A stretch of 50,845 nucleotides of DNA from Candidatus Levyibacteriota bacterium (GCA_016188975.1 JACPGQ010000003.1:1-50845); one strand, 5' to 3'; numbered from the stretch's first letter, positions 32,013-42,611 are shown. The notes: generated by a model not told the origin, from the letters alone. Program-made: numbers and translations.

Positions 32013-34088
32013 TCAACTGGATGGGTGCTTTGCCGTTTGCTCGTCAACAAGTGAAGCGTTGCTCATCTGCATAACGAGTCTCTGCCTGACATCAAACGCG
32101 AGACGAGTTCCAGATTTGGGCAAAGACAGGGCAAAAGTAGATCCCTTTCCCTCCTCCGACGCAACAACCCACACGTCTCCACCCATGGCTTTTGCGTATT
32201 CACGCGAGATGTAGAGCCCAAGACCTGTTCCAGCGGGGCGGCCAGCCTGTTGTGAGCTCACCTGCTGAAACTTTCTGAACAATCGCTCCTGATTTATACA
32301 CGAAATACCAACGCCAGTATCTGAAACGAAAATGATCATTCTCTCGCCTTTTTCTTCTGAGTGAAGCACAATTTCTCCCGTATCAGTAAACTTCAAGGCA
32401 TTTCCAATCAGATTGGTTAGGATTTGTCCGAGCTTTTGCGGATCAGCTTGCACAGAAACATCTTTGTCAATCTGGTCAGAAAGCGCTACGTGTTTTTCAT
32501 GAATAATCGGCTTGAGGCTTAGGACAATATCCTCAACGACGCTTCGCAGCGGAAAAACGCTTAGTGTCATCTTTAGTCGCTTTGTCTCTATACGAGAAAC
32601 GCTCAGGATGTCATTGACGAGTTCAATCAATCGTTCTGTCGCCATTGCGACCGTCACTAAGGGTTTACGAAGTGGCTCATTCACAACACCGTATTTTCCA
32701 TTCAAAAGCATGGAAAGGTACCCCTTGACAGCAGTCATCGGCGTCCGAAGCTCATGAGATGCCACGGTGATAAACTCATCCTTCATACGATCAAGTTCCT
32801 TCTCGCGGGTTACATCACGGACAACAACGATAATTCCTTGGGGGTTTCCTTTTTTATCATTAAGAAGTGATGCACTTGTCGAGGCAATAAATCGCGAACC
32901 GTCGCGCCTGACAATTGTGTACTCGACACCAGTGAGACGCTTCACCCGGGCGAGCTTAGCAAGGTTTTCCCGTGTACGCTCATGGTCTTCTTTCGCAATA
33001 AACGCGAACGCATCCTTTCCGAGAATATCAGATGGAGAATTCAGCTCCACCATATTCACAGCCTGCTTGTTCACCATCGTTATCTTTGTCTGAAGATCCA
33101 TGACCACTATGGCATCTGGAGATGTATCAACAAGCGTCCGGTAACGATCTTCACTTTTCTGCGCTGATTCTTCGGCCTGTCTTTGCTGAATGACTGCGGC
33201 AGCAAGCATGAGTATCGTTACCGCAAGAGTGTTCATGTATGCCTGCAAAAGAAAAAGGGATGCATTCACCGACGCTCCCTTTGCAAATGGCCCAAAACCA
33301 TTGAGCGTTCCCCATATCGCAATCTCAGAAAGCAAGAAGAGCGCAGTTGCTGTTTCACGCTTGTTGAATCGAAACGCACACCAGAGAAGATAAGGAAGAA
33401 CAAGAAACTCAACCGAGTAATTCCCATTCGAGACAGTTGAAAATCCGCCAAATATCACAAGAGATACAAGAAACAGCAATAAGAAGACAAGAAATATCTC
33501 CATCACATGGGTGATCTTAAGGTTAAGCGTTCTTTTATTGAACCAAGAAATAATAAGTGGAGCGACGATGATTGCCCCACCCATATCGCCTAACCACCAG
33601 GTGAAAAAGAGTGGTCTAAAGTTTTCCCAACTCGCAAAACCGGTAAGCGTGAGGCTGAAAACACCACATAGCGCACTAACTGCTGTACTGATTATCCCGG
33701 CAAAAAGAACGAAACGGAAAAGATCCTGAGGCCGATCCAAACAATTACGGCCATTTGCAAACCTTTCGATAAGCCAAACCGCAATAAACGCTTCAAGCGT
33801 GTTTCCCGTTGCGATACCGAGGGTTGTCAACAAACTCCCTTCATTGGTTATGTTCACAAGAAACGCGCCGATAAAAATTGCAGGCCAGAGCTTTCGTCCT
33901 AATAAGAGAAGCGTCGCAATAGCTATTCCTGTAGGTAACCAAACAACTGAAACGCTAGGATGGACGAAGGCAAGAACTAACCCAATCTTCCCGGCGATAA
34001 AATAAATCGCACTAATAAATAGTATCGCTATAGGGATTTTCAGTTTGCTCAGAAATCCGTACATCTTCTCTACCGTAGCATATGTCAC
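32013..34088 (-). CDS. sensor histidine kinase (MASE1-like membrane domain, PAS, HisKA, HATPase_c)
   Basis: 691 aa with about 8 N-terminal TM helices, a PAS region (YRTLVDTSPDAIVVMD), the H-box ASHELRTPMTAVKG, the N-box LTNLIGNALKF and the G-boxes DTGVGI and GTGLGL. Confidence 0.85.
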   Translation of the reverse strand: MTYATVEKMYGFLSKLKIPIAILFISAIYFIAGKIGLVLAFVHPSVSVVWLPTGIAIATLLLLGRKLWPAIFIGAFLVNITNEGSLLTTLGIATGNTLEAFIAVWLIERFANGRNCLDRPQDLFRFVLFAGIISTAVSALCGVFSLTLTGFASWENFRPLFFTWWLGDMGGAIIVAPLIISWFNKRTLNLKITHVMEIFLVFLLLFLVSLVIFGGFSTVSNGNYSVEFLVLPYLLWCAFRFNKRETATALFLLSEIAIWGTLNGFGPFAKGASVNASLFLLQAYMNTLAVTILMLAAAVIQQRQAEESAQKSEDRYRTLVDTSPDAIVVMDLQTKITMVNKQAVNMVELNSPSDILGKDAFAFIAKEDHERTRENLAKLARVKRLTGVEYTIVRRDGSRFIASTSASLLNDKKGNPQGIIVVVRDVTREKELDRMKDEFITVASHELRTPMTAVKGYLSMLLNGKYGVVNEPLRKPLVTVAMATERLIELVNDILSVSRIETKRLKMTLSVFPLRSVVEDIVLSLKPIIHEKHVALSDQIDKDVSVQADPQKLGQILTNLIGNALKFTDTGEIVLHSEEKGERMIIFVSDTGVGISCINQERLFRKFQQVSSQQAGRPAGTGLGLYISREYAKAMGGDVWVVASEEGKGSTFALSLPKSGTRLAFDVRQRLVMQMSNASLVDEQTAKHPSS

Positions 34089-34155
34089 GTTGCTTACTCA
34101 AGGAGGTTACCCTCCATCCACTTAGCATTCTCCGATTACGAGTGCTTGACGTATC

Positions 34156-34164
34156 TGGTATAAT
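34156..34164 (+). promoter_or_regulatory. extended -10 box TGgTATAAT 9 nt upstream of the htpX ATG
   Basis: The sequence is ctTGgTATAATagtgaatacATG, with no Shine-Dalgarno sequence. Confidence 0.45.
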
Positions 34165-34173
34165 AGTGAATAC

Positions 34174-35016
34174 ATGGGAAACATGCTCAAAACATTTTTG
34201 CTTCTGGGTGTCCTCAGTGTCCTTCTCGTTACACTTGGTGGATTTTTTGGCGGACAAAATGGCATTATGACAGCCTTTTTCTTCTCAATGGTCATGAATG
34301 TGGGAATGTATTTTTTTTCGGATAAACTCGCCCTCTCCATGAGTGGAGCAAAACCATTACCTCAGGGAAAATATCCCAAACTCTTTGCCATGGTACAAGA
34401 CATCACAAGACGTATGAGTATGCCAATGCCCAAACTCTACATAACTCCCTCACCTCAAGCAAATGCATTCGCCACAGGACGCGGACCAGGCCATGCATCA
34501 GTAGCTGTGACTGAAGGAATTCTCCAAACGCTTCCAGACGACGAACTCAAAGGAGTCTTGGCTCACGAGCTGGCTCATGTCAAAAACCGTGACATTCTCG
34601 TAGCGTCAATAGCAGCGGTTTTAGCAAGCGCGATCTCATTTATCGGCAACATGGCAATGTGGGGAGGACTTTCAGGTGGACGGGACGATGAGGACACTAA
34701 AGATGCGGGAGCAGTGGGTATCTTAGCAGCTATTCTTCTACCAATTGCAGCGTCTCTCGTGCAATTAGCGATCTCTCGTCAGCGTGAGTTTGGAGCCGAT
34801 GAATCTGGAGCTAGAACACTGGGTGATGGTGATCCTCTCGCACGCGCTCTCGTAACGATCCATAATTCCACAAAAAAAAGCCCAATGCGTATCAACCCTG
34901 CATTCTCCTCACTCTACATCGAAAATCCTACAGGAGGACTTGGCGGAACGCTTATAAACCTCTTCTCCACCCACCCGCCAGTTGAGGAACGGGTGAAGCG
35001 ACTCGAAAAGATTTAA
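34174..35016 (+). CDS. htpX: zinc metalloprotease HtpX (M48)
   Basis: 280 aa with four TM segments and the HELAHVKNRD zinc motif. Confidence 0.9.
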   Translation: MGNMLKTFLLLGVLSVLLVTLGGFFGGQNGIMTAFFFSMVMNVGMYFFSDKLALSMSGAKPLPQGKYPKLFAMVQDITRRMSMPMPKLYITPSPQANAFATGRGPGHASVAVTEGILQTLPDDELKGVLAHELAHVKNRDILVASIAAVLASAISFIGNMAMWGGLSGGRDDEDTKDAGAVGILAAILLPIAASLVQLAISRQREFGADESGARTLGDGDPLARALVTIHNSTKKSPMRINPAFSSLYIENPTGGLGGTLINLFSTHPPVEERVKRLEKI

Positions 35017-35143
35017 TCCACAGGTCAATCACCATCAATTTGCAATTGAAGTTCCGCTTAGTTCCGCGTGTAGTTCAGCAAGTTCGGCTTTAAGCGCCTG
35101 CAACGCTTCTTACTTCTCTTTTACACGCTCTTCATTGATTGGG

Positions 35144-35159
35144 TATACTACGTAGTATA
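35144..35159. promoter_or_regulatory. 16-nt palindrome TATACTACGTAGTATA abutting the PBP1A start codon
   Basis: This is a perfect palindrome. The TATACT box at 35144-35149 lies 9 nt upstream of the ATG at 35159. The arms ATACTAC/GTAGTAT are the same as the outer arms of the 32-nt palindrome at 15827. Confidence 0.45.
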
Positions 35160-37375
35160 TGGTAGAACGAGTACGCCAGTTTTTTCTTACGTTCTTCCAT
35201 CATCCTAAAAAACGAATGGAGCTTATTAAAAAGCTATCGAAAGAGCTGTGGCTCATCGGAAAAAAGCCGCTTTTGCTGCTTCTGCTTGGGCTATTTATTC
35301 TGCTCCTCCTCACTCCAGTTGCAACGTACTTCTATTTTATAAGGGATCTTGGAAGCAAAGAACGAATCATGAATCGCAACAACGAAGGGGTTGTGCTTCT
35401 TGACCGCACCGACAAACCTTTTTTTACGTTTTATGAAGCCAAAACAAACAATACAATTCCCTTTGGGGAGATTCCACAATCAGTCAAAAACGCTGTCGTT
35501 TCAGTCGAGGACAAAGATTTTTACCGCCATGCCGGCATCTCTCCAACAAGCGTTATTCGCGCTGCACTTGCCGATATCAGAAACCAGGAAATCACACAGG
35601 GTGGCTCCACAATCACCCAGCAGCTTATTAAAAACGCACTTTTAAGTCCTGAGAAAACGTTTCTTCGTAAGTACCAAGAGGCAGTTCTTGCTCTTGAAGT
35701 AGACCGCAGGTATAGCAAAAACGATATTCTGGAGATGTATCTCAATACTGTTTACTTCGGAGAGGGAGCTTTTGGAATTGAAGACGCTGCAAAAGCGTAT
35801 TTCGGCAAATCTGCATCAGAGTTGACACTTGGAGAAAGCGCGCTTCTTTGTGGAATTTTACCGGCTCCATCAGCACTTTCCCCAATCTCTGGTGATGCTG
35901 AAGCTGCATTTCGAAGACAACAAAGAGTCCTGGGTCAAATGGTTGACCAAGGATACATAAGCGCCGAGGAAGCGGATGCCGCAAAAGAAGAAGAAATCGC
36001 CTTAAATCCCCAAGGAAAAGAGCTAAATGTCAAAGCGCCTCATTTCGCGCTTATGGTAAAAGATGAACTCGTAAAAAAATACGGTGAGCAGCGTGTCGCA
36101 CGATCAGGTTTCATCGTCAAGACGACACTTGACCTGACAAATCAAGAATACACCGAACAAGTTGTCAAAAACCAGGTTGCTCGGCTTCGTGTGAATAAAG
36201 CCACCAACGGTGCTGTCGTCGTCATGGATCCAAAAACCGGGGAAATTCTTTCACTAGTCGGGAGTCATGACTGGTTTGACGAGGAAAACGGCAAAATCAA
36301 TATGACCATCCGTCCGCGCCAACCCGGATCGTCATTTAAGCCAATCATGTATGCTGACGGATTGCGAAGACGCCTTATAACACCAGCGACAGTCCTTGAT
36401 GACAAGCCTATCACCTTCAAAGGCGGCTACAAGCCAAAAAACTACGACGGGAAATTCCGTGACCATGTCCTCGTACGCTACGCGCTCGCAAATTCCCTAA
36501 ATATTCCATCTCTTCATGTCATGGAGCGAGTGGGGGTCAAAAATGGCGTTGAATTTGCAAGACGGCTTGGCTTAACGACACTCGATCCTGATCAGGATTA
36601 TGGCCTCGCACTTGTCCTCGGCGCTGGTGAAGTCTCACTACTGCAGATGACAGATGCATTTGGCGTTTTTGCGAGTCAGGGATATCTTGTTACGCCGACG
36701 ACAATAATTGAGGTTAGGGATAAAAACAAACATGTAATATTTACTAATAAACCAAAAAAAGAATTTGTCCTCGATCAAGGGGTTGCATTCCTCATCTCCT
36801 CAATTCTCTCAGACAACGAAGCCCGCAAAGATACGTTTGGCAATGCGCTGACAATCTCTCGTCCGGCTGCTGTAAAAACAGGTACGACAGAAGATTACAG
36901 AGACGCACTCACCATAGGCTACACACCCAATCTCGTCGTCGGCGTGTGGGTCGGCAATAACGACAATACGCCTATGGATAGTGTTGCAGGATCCCTCGGT
37001 GCTGCACCTATCTGGCGGCTTGTCATGCAAAAATTTTTCCAAACACTTCCGAATGAGCCATTTGCCAAACCAATAACAGTCATTCGTCAAGAAGTATGTA
37101 AAGAAGACGGCAAGAAGGCTGAGGCAGCAACAAGCAGCGCATATCCTGAATTTTTCCTCTCAGGGACTGTACCAAAAGACGTATGTTTTGAGGGAACTCC
37201 CACCGGCGAACCGACACCCTCAGACGAACCAACACCGACCAATACTACCGAACCGACTCAGACGCCACAACCTGAGCAACCAACACCTACAAATGCCCTC
37301 CCAACCACAACGGCAATGCCAACCCCAACTGAATTTATTGCTCTCCCTACCCTCACCCCGCTCCCGACGCTCTAA
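35159..37375 (+). CDS. penicillin-binding protein 1A (bifunctional transglycosylase/transpeptidase)
   Basis: 738 aa with an N-terminal TM helix, the GT51 motifs VSVEDKDFYRHAG and GGSTITQQL, the transpeptidase motifs SSFKP and KTGTT, and a Pro/Thr-rich tail. Confidence 0.9.
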   Translation: MVERVRQFFLTFFHHPKKRMELIKKLSKELWLIGKKPLLLLLLGLFILLLLTPVATYFYFIRDLGSKERIMNRNNEGVVLLDRTDKPFFTFYEAKTNNTIPFGEIPQSVKNAVVSVEDKDFYRHAGISPTSVIRAALADIRNQEITQGGSTITQQLIKNALLSPEKTFLRKYQEAVLALEVDRRYSKNDILEMYLNTVYFGEGAFGIEDAAKAYFGKSASELTLGESALLCGILPAPSALSPISGDAEAAFRRQQRVLGQMVDQGYISAEEADAAKEEEIALNPQGKELNVKAPHFALMVKDELVKKYGEQRVARSGFIVKTTLDLTNQEYTEQVVKNQVARLRVNKATNGAVVVMDPKTGEILSLVGSHDWFDEENGKINMTIRPRQPGSSFKPIMYADGLRRRLITPATVLDDKPITFKGGYKPKNYDGKFRDHVLVRYALANSLNIPSLHVMERVGVKNGVEFARRLGLTTLDPDQDYGLALVLGAGEVSLLQMTDAFGVFASQGYLVTPTTIIEVRDKNKHVIFTNKPKKEFVLDQGVAFLISSILSDNEARKDTFGNALTISRPAAVKTGTTEDYRDALTIGYTPNLVVGVWVGNNDNTPMDSVAGSLGAAPIWRLVMQKFFQTLPNEPFAKPITVIRQEVCKEDGKKAEAATSSAYPEFFLSGTVPKDVCFEGTPTGEPTPSDEPTPTNTTEPTQTPQPEQPTPTNALPTTTAMPTPTEFIALPTLTPLPTL

Positions 37376-37572
37376 TTGTCAAAAGGAAATGTTTTCCCTG
37401 AGGCATTGATCGAAGGGTCATTGCGAGGAGGTTCGCCGAAGGCGACCGACGAAGCAATCTCAATACAATGTCATTGCAAACGTAGTGAAAAATCTGTTTA
37501 AATTCCATGTGAAGGCAGTGATAACAAAGTAAACGTCAAAAACTTAGCAAAAATATACGACTAACTACTTGG

Positions 37573-37598
37573 TGACCAGTATACATGTATACTGGTCA
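37573..37598. repeat. 26-nt perfect palindrome, copy 1 (intergenic)
   Basis: The sequence is TGACCAGTATACATGTATACTGGTCA. It lies 24 nt beyond the stop of the minus-strand gene 37622..38167. Confidence 0.95.
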
Positions 37599-37621
37599 AA
37601 AATACTCACCGCTGTACGAAA

Positions 37622-38167
37622 TCAAATAACCCTTAGTTTCGGCCAAATCGTTAACCACCTTTTATCAGTAATTCTTTTTTCAAACAGTTTTTTGGGGATT
37701 TTTGCAAGTATATTTTGTCGAATGACTAACTCTACTAAATCATCAATTCCCAAAGGTGCAGCAAGAATTAACTTTCCTTTTTTATCAAGCCGCACTCCGA
37801 CGCACGTCGCGGTCTCAATCCACCTCGACAATCCATCTTCTGCATTTTTATATGGCTCGTCACCACGAACTAGCGCCATTCGCGCCTGATTTTTAACAGA
37901 CCATGGAAGGTCGGGTCGGAGTTTTTTTAACTGTTGCTCAATCCGCTTTTCATCTTTCTCTCCAACATTCTTTTCGTCGAAATAAATAACGTCGATATCA
38001 TTTAGAGGAGTGCTCTCCTTATATCCATGCAGGACGTCCCAGACTTTATTCCGTACAAACCCCGCCCCTATCGACCAATCAGGAAGTCTTAGAGAAACAA
38101 CAGCAGAGAGCACTTCCATCATCCATGAATCGTCTTGAACTGCCTGAAGTATTTCTCTTTGCGTCAT
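37622..38167 (-). CDS. nucleotidyltransferase family protein (NTP_transf_6-like)
   Basis: 181 aa with LPDWSIGAGFVRNKVWDVLHGY and NDIDVIYFD. Confidence 0.6.
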   Translation of the reverse strand: MTQREILQAVQDDSWMMEVLSAVVSLRLPDWSIGAGFVRNKVWDVLHGYKESTPLNDIDVIYFDEKNVGEKDEKRIEQQLKKLRPDLPWSVKNQARMALVRGDEPYKNAEDGLSRWIETATCVGVRLDKKGKLILAAPLGIDDLVELVIRQNILAKIPKKLFEKRITDKRWLTIWPKLRVI

Positions 38168-38457
38168 GGATTACTTGTAGCTATTTGGTATAAACGTAAC
38201 GGGGACCATAATTACGCAACCTTGCTTTCCTCCCTATCCAAAAAGATAGCGCCACGTGACTCGTGCGTGAGCTTTCTCCACTTCATACTGAGGAGAAAAA
38301 ATGAACGTAATCAGGTAAACACCTTTGCGTACATATATATCACTATAGTAGCTAGAATTTCGAGGGGAATCCAGTGCAAATTTTCATCCCAGTTGATACT
38401 CTAGTAAGTAAGAGAGAATAAACTATAGGTTGAAGTAAATCGTCAAATGAACTATAA

Positions 38458-39636
38458 TTGTTACAGAGCATGAGCAAAACAATTGAGGCTGGGAGTACAC
38501 TCTTACAGCAACCCAGAATAGAGGTCGTTTACCTGACATACCCACCAAGCACGCCCGAGCAAGAAACTCAATGGAGACGGGCATTTGTTGCTACCATTCC
38601 CTCACCTGACGCGTTTCCCATTATTGAACGAAGAATTATGGAGCATGCAGTTGATGCCCTCCTCCAAAGAAGAGATTTTACTACATCAGAGGCGTCACGT
38701 GCTGCATATGAATCCCCTGACACAAACCCGCAATATGTTCGCAACATGAAAAGAGCACTCAATACACGACTAGGTGTCAGTAGCTTGTCGCTTACGACCA
38801 TAGAGCCTTCAAACCCAAAAAGAGAAGCGACTACCCGCCTCACACCGACCGGATATGATCCGCATACGCCCTTCCCCGACGCAATTGCCAAACGAATCGT
38901 ACAACTAGCAACCGGTGAGATTGTCAACACAAACCGTGAGAGAAAAAATAAGAACCGCGCTCTTCAGAGAGTTTTTAGCGAAAATCCAACGTCTCAGGAG
39001 TTGGCCTATGTTGCAGCTTTCTTTACCTCGCATGATAGGCTTAAGGAAGTTCCAGAAGCATATCGGCCATTACTGGCTCTTACTCGCGACCGTTTTATGG
39101 CGCAAAGACTATTTACAACAGAGAATGCTGCAGAGGCACTCCTGCAAGATACGACCACCTCGTCAATAGCACTTACTCGCGAAGCACGCCATGTGCTTAA
39201 TCGTTTCCTGAAAGGATACAACCTTGTCATCAGCAACACAAATCACGCTCCGAATCCACATAGTCCTCATACGTATCGACTTGCGATACGAGATAGTGAT
39301 TTGATCAATTTTTCAGTCGCCACCGCATTAAAACCGCTTGATTCACAGCCCCTCAGTGAACTCGAAGCCAGAGCACTCTCTCTCATACAAAACTCTCAGT
39401 CAGGCAAAACCTCATCAACCATTTGTGTACGACTCTTTGGCCAGAACGGCATCAAAAAAGTTGGCCTCGTCGCTGAGACCTTGCTCTCTCTAAGAATCAG
39501 AGGATTGATAGGAGTCTCCCAGAATGAAAAACACCAAAATATCTATACGAGTATCCCTCAAGGGAGAGTGCTACAAGAAGGAGTTGATGAACTACTACCA
39601 GCTTCCTCCGCCTCCTCCACCGAAACCGCCGCCTGA
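38458..39636 (+). CDS. hypothetical protein
   Basis: 392-aa ORF with no recognisable motif. The likely true start is the ATG at 38470, 11 nt after TATAAT (38453-38458). Its 3-prime end overlaps the convergent DUF2207 gene by 42 nt. Confidence 0.45.
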   Translation: MLQSMSKTIEAGSTLLQQPRIEVVYLTYPPSTPEQETQWRRAFVATIPSPDAFPIIERRIMEHAVDALLQRRDFTTSEASRAAYESPDTNPQYVRNMKRALNTRLGVSSLSLTTIEPSNPKREATTRLTPTGYDPHTPFPDAIAKRIVQLATGEIVNTNRERKNKNRALQRVFSENPTSQELAYVAAFFTSHDRLKEVPEAYRPLLALTRDRFMAQRLFTTENAAEALLQDTTTSSIALTREARHVLNRFLKGYNLVISNTNHAPNPHSPHTYRLAIRDSDLINFSVATALKPLDSQPLSELEARALSLIQNSQSGKTSSTICVRLFGQNGIKKVGLVAETLLSLRIRGLIGVSQNEKHQNIYTSIPQGRVLQEGVDELLPASSASSTETAA

Positions 39637-41457
39637 AGAGCCGCCCGAGGAAAACCCGCTGCTTTTGGGTGCTGAGGCAATAGCACTGGACATTGAGATT
39701 GCAAAACTATTCATGCTTGAGTTAAATGAAGCGTAATTAAATGGATGCGTGCCATAATACCAACCATTTGCCATATATTTTTCAGGAAGGCCGATATCCT
39801 TCATCGCCTGGGCAAATTTTGCTGTCAAACCAAACAAAATTGCATACGGCAGCACTTCATTAAACAAGTTTTTCTTCTCAAAAAACCGCTGCCTGTACTT
39901 TTCTGCTGATGCAATAAAGAGCTGGTATCCACTAACGCGCCTAAAAAGCTCCCTCCCATGCGCACTTCGCCGTGACATAAATGGTGAAAGTATCAGGAGA
40001 AATAATCCTGTTGCGAGTAACCCAATCCCAAAGTCTGTAACAAAAACACTCTCTCTGGATATTCCGTTGGTCAAAACAAAAAACCCAATCGCTCCGAGAA
40101 TAATGCCAATTATTAAGTACTTCACTCGCATGCTTTCTGGGTTTTTTGGGAAGAGCTTCTGAGTAACCACCCTTTCATACAACGCTTTCTTCACTTGCGC
40201 GAGATCTTCATAAAATGTCCGTTTGAGCGATGAGACTTTTACCTCTTTTTTCCCGTCAAATAATTTGTCAAAGAGCAACGTCTCGTAATGAAGCAATCCG
40301 CTTGCATCAAAGTTCTTCATCTTCAAGGTGTAATCAGTGCTCCCAAATACCCATTTCTTTGGTACTTCAGTTATTGTCAAATATCCACGTGCTGCGAGGT
40401 CAATAATCGTCGCGACCACATCAAGCGTATCTGCACGTTCGTCTGTGAGAACGCCAATTTCTGCAGGACGGAGTTTCTCAGGCGGCTCATACTCTACGAC
40501 AACTGTTTCGTTCTCACCAATGCCTCGTAACCTCTCTCCACTGGGATCATCTAAGACTGATCGGCGGATAAATGAATAATCACGACCATTTCGAAGCCAC
40601 AAGAAAAAAGCTGTACTGACAGCACCAATGAGCATGATCCCGAGGAAAAGTAGTGAGTTTGTCTCAAGCATTTTTTCACCAAAACTCTTCGGCTTAGGAA
40701 CAGTGATAAGTGGAATAACGCCCTTTTCATACCCCGTGACGATTGTTAGTCCTTCATGGGGTTGAAGTAAACGTGTTGCAGCATACGTCGCAACGGTTTT
40801 ATCTAACGAGGTTTCGTCTTGACACCCTTCTGTGTACGTTGCATATCCCTGAAAACATGTTATTTGCAGAATCGAACCTTCCTGCATCTTCACTCTGGCA
40901 GTGGCTTTATTGATCGGTACTCCCCACTCGTTACCCGTAACGTTCCAATACAATTCGTCGTAAGTTTCAAAACCTCGCAAAATGCCTTTGGCGGTGTATG
41001 AGATGTGATACGTGTGTTTGCCGGAAATAGTTTTATTCCCGTCACCAATTTTTATCCTGAGGTTATTTTCATTTCGCTGGATTTCATATTTCGCACCTCG
41101 CTCATCCTGCAAAACAGCATCAACGTTTATTTCTGTGTAATACGGTTGTCCCTCAAGATCGTAAACAACCGGCAGATCACGGTATATACCGTGTTTCTCC
41201 AGAGTCCCAAAATCGATAGCGATATCCTCTGCCATAACCACTTCGCCTGTCTTCATGATGACAAGCTCTGCATGAAATGAGTCAATTACCCAGCCGGTGT
41301 CTTGGGCAAAGACTTGAGGGATAAGTATCCCCACTTCGCTAAAGCTTCCTCCTTCGCACAAGGCTTCGGAAGGACACAGTCGAGGGGCAAGGAAGAGAAA
41401 GATGAGGAGGAATAAAAAAAGACCAAAGCGCCGCCTCATATTTGCATTGTAGCACAT
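39595..41457 (-). CDS. DUF2207 domain membrane protein
   Basis: 620 aa with a signal or TM helix, a large N-terminal ectodomain, three TM helices and the characteristic Gly-rich tail SSGGSSGGGFGGGGGGSW. Confidence 0.75.
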   Translation of the reverse strand: MCYNANMRRRFGLFLFLLIFLFLAPRLCPSEALCEGGSFSEVGILIPQVFAQDTGWVIDSFHAELVIMKTGEVVMAEDIAIDFGTLEKHGIYRDLPVVYDLEGQPYYTEINVDAVLQDERGAKYEIQRNENNLRIKIGDGNKTISGKHTYHISYTAKGILRGFETYDELYWNVTGNEWGVPINKATARVKMQEGSILQITCFQGYATYTEGCQDETSLDKTVATYAATRLLQPHEGLTIVTGYEKGVIPLITVPKPKSFGEKMLETNSLLFLGIMLIGAVSTAFFLWLRNGRDYSFIRRSVLDDPSGERLRGIGENETVVVEYEPPEKLRPAEIGVLTDERADTLDVVATIIDLAARGYLTITEVPKKWVFGSTDYTLKMKNFDASGLLHYETLLFDKLFDGKKEVKVSSLKRTFYEDLAQVKKALYERVVTQKLFPKNPESMRVKYLIIGIILGAIGFFVLTNGISRESVFVTDFGIGLLATGLFLLILSPFMSRRSAHGRELFRRVSGYQLFIASAEKYRQRFFEKKNLFNEVLPYAILFGLTAKFAQAMKDIGLPEKYMANGWYYGTHPFNYASFNSSMNSFAISMSSAIASAPKSSGFSSGGSSGGGFGGGGGGSW

Positions 41458-41463
41458 GAGTAG

Positions 41464-41979
41464 CTACGCTTGAGACGATTGTGGCAATGCAGGAGGAAAA
41501 ATATTCTGCAACATTGTAACTATACCTCTCTTTTCGTGATCTTTTAATGTGATATCTAGCTCTGCATTTGTCTCGCAGTCATGCGTTGCATTCCAAGGAT
41601 CTGAAAAACGAGAAACTCCTAGTTCTCCAGTAGGCTTCTCAAAAAAAACTAGATCAACATATCCTTCATTGTCTTCTATTGAGAGAGTTAAAGAGTCATT
41701 TTGATCGTAAAAATCACCTGAGATTTCAACCGATGACTTTCCATAATTTAGCAACCAACTTCCTGTATCAGCATATTTCTCAGCTCTTCTCACCGTTTGC
41801 ATTCCACGTAAGACACTTGCGACGTTGTCTGGAGTAATATATCCTGCGGCAAGATGGGAAAGAAACGTAAGCTGAGCGGCAACGCTCTGTCTTGTTGGAA
41901 CTGGTGCAACGAATTCTGCAGGCAGCGGTATTTGTTCACCCATAAATGGAATATTAACGAGAATAGGCCAGTATGTCAA
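41464..41979 (-). CDS. hypothetical protein
   Basis: 171-aa ORF located 6 nt upstream of the DUF2207 gene. No motif recognised. Confidence 0.4.
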   Translation of the reverse strand: MTYWPILVNIPFMGEQIPLPAEFVAPVPTRQSVAAQLTFLSHLAAGYITPDNVASVLRGMQTVRRAEKYADTGSWLLNYGKSSVEISGDFYDQNDSLTLSIEDNEGYVDLVFFEKPTGELGVSRFSDPWNATHDCETNAELDITLKDHEKRGIVTMLQNIFPPALPQSSQA

Positions 41980-42051
41980 GAAGATATGCTGCTAAGACTA
42001 ATATACATGTATATCAGTCTTATAGATCGATTGCTAAATAAATGCTGGGAG

Positions 42052-42600
42052 TTAATTTTCTTTTATCGAAACTGCTGAATAGATTGCTTTGAGAAATCTG
42101 GAGGGTTCGGTGGCAAGAAGTTCTGGCGGTTTAAATCCTGACTCGTGACATATTGTTTTAAAAGTTTCAAAAGAAAAGGGGTGTGGAACCCAGAGATTGC
42201 CATGATCAACATTGTATTCGACGATCAGTAACTTCCCCTTTGACTTGAGGTATTGTTTTAATTGCTTCAAAATGCCGACTCGGTCTTCGACGAAATGCAA
42301 TGAATTTGCAGCGAGGATGCCATCAAGAGGTGGAAGATCAAGATGTTTTGTAAAATCCGAAGAGATGTAATGAATATTCGTCCCAGGAAATTGCTGATCA
42401 AACGCTTCTTTTTGTTTTCTTAAACTTCCAGCATTCTTATCGATTGAAAAGATCTCAACTTCCTGGCCCACGACATCGCGAAGTGCTAAAGTGAACGCAC
42501 CCTCACCAGATCCCAGATCAGCCCAAACTTGCTTTCCAGGTTTAATCGCCTTTAGAATCAATCGCACATGGTCCTTATGAACCATATGACCAGTATACAT
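42052..42600 (-). CDS. class I SAM-dependent methyltransferase
   Basis: 182 aa with motif I WADLGSGEGAFTLAL and a later DGILAANSLHF block. The alternative start ATG at 42585 gives MVHKDHV. Confidence 0.75.
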   Translation of the reverse strand: MYTGHMVHKDHVRLILKAIKPGKQVWADLGSGEGAFTLALRDVVGQEVEIFSIDKNAGSLRKQKEAFDQQFPGTNIHYISSDFTKHLDLPPLDGILAANSLHFVEDRVGILKQLKQYLKSKGKLLIVEYNVDHGNLWVPHPFSFETFKTICHESGFKPPELLATEPSRFLKAIYSAVSIKEN

Positions 42601-42611
42601 GTATACTTGGT
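42587..42611. repeat. 26-nt palindrome family, copy 2 (degenerate, at the methyltransferase start)
   Basis: TGACCAGTATACATGTATACtTGGTA has a one-base insertion and a diverged end. Its central CATG is the annotated ATG of 42052..42600. Confidence 0.85.

Noticed and set aside
37573-37598. The 26-nt palindrome as a dif/Xer site or as a rho-independent terminator.
   Set aside because: dif sites are single-copy and have asymmetric 6-8 bp central regions, whereas this has four copies and a fully symmetric 4-bp centre. No T-tract follows the hairpin on either strand, and two copies are inside ORFs.
39524-39736. A 70-aa plus-strand ORF with a poly-proline stretch.
   Set aside because: It is the antisense shadow of the Gly-rich C-terminal tail of the DUF2207 protein.
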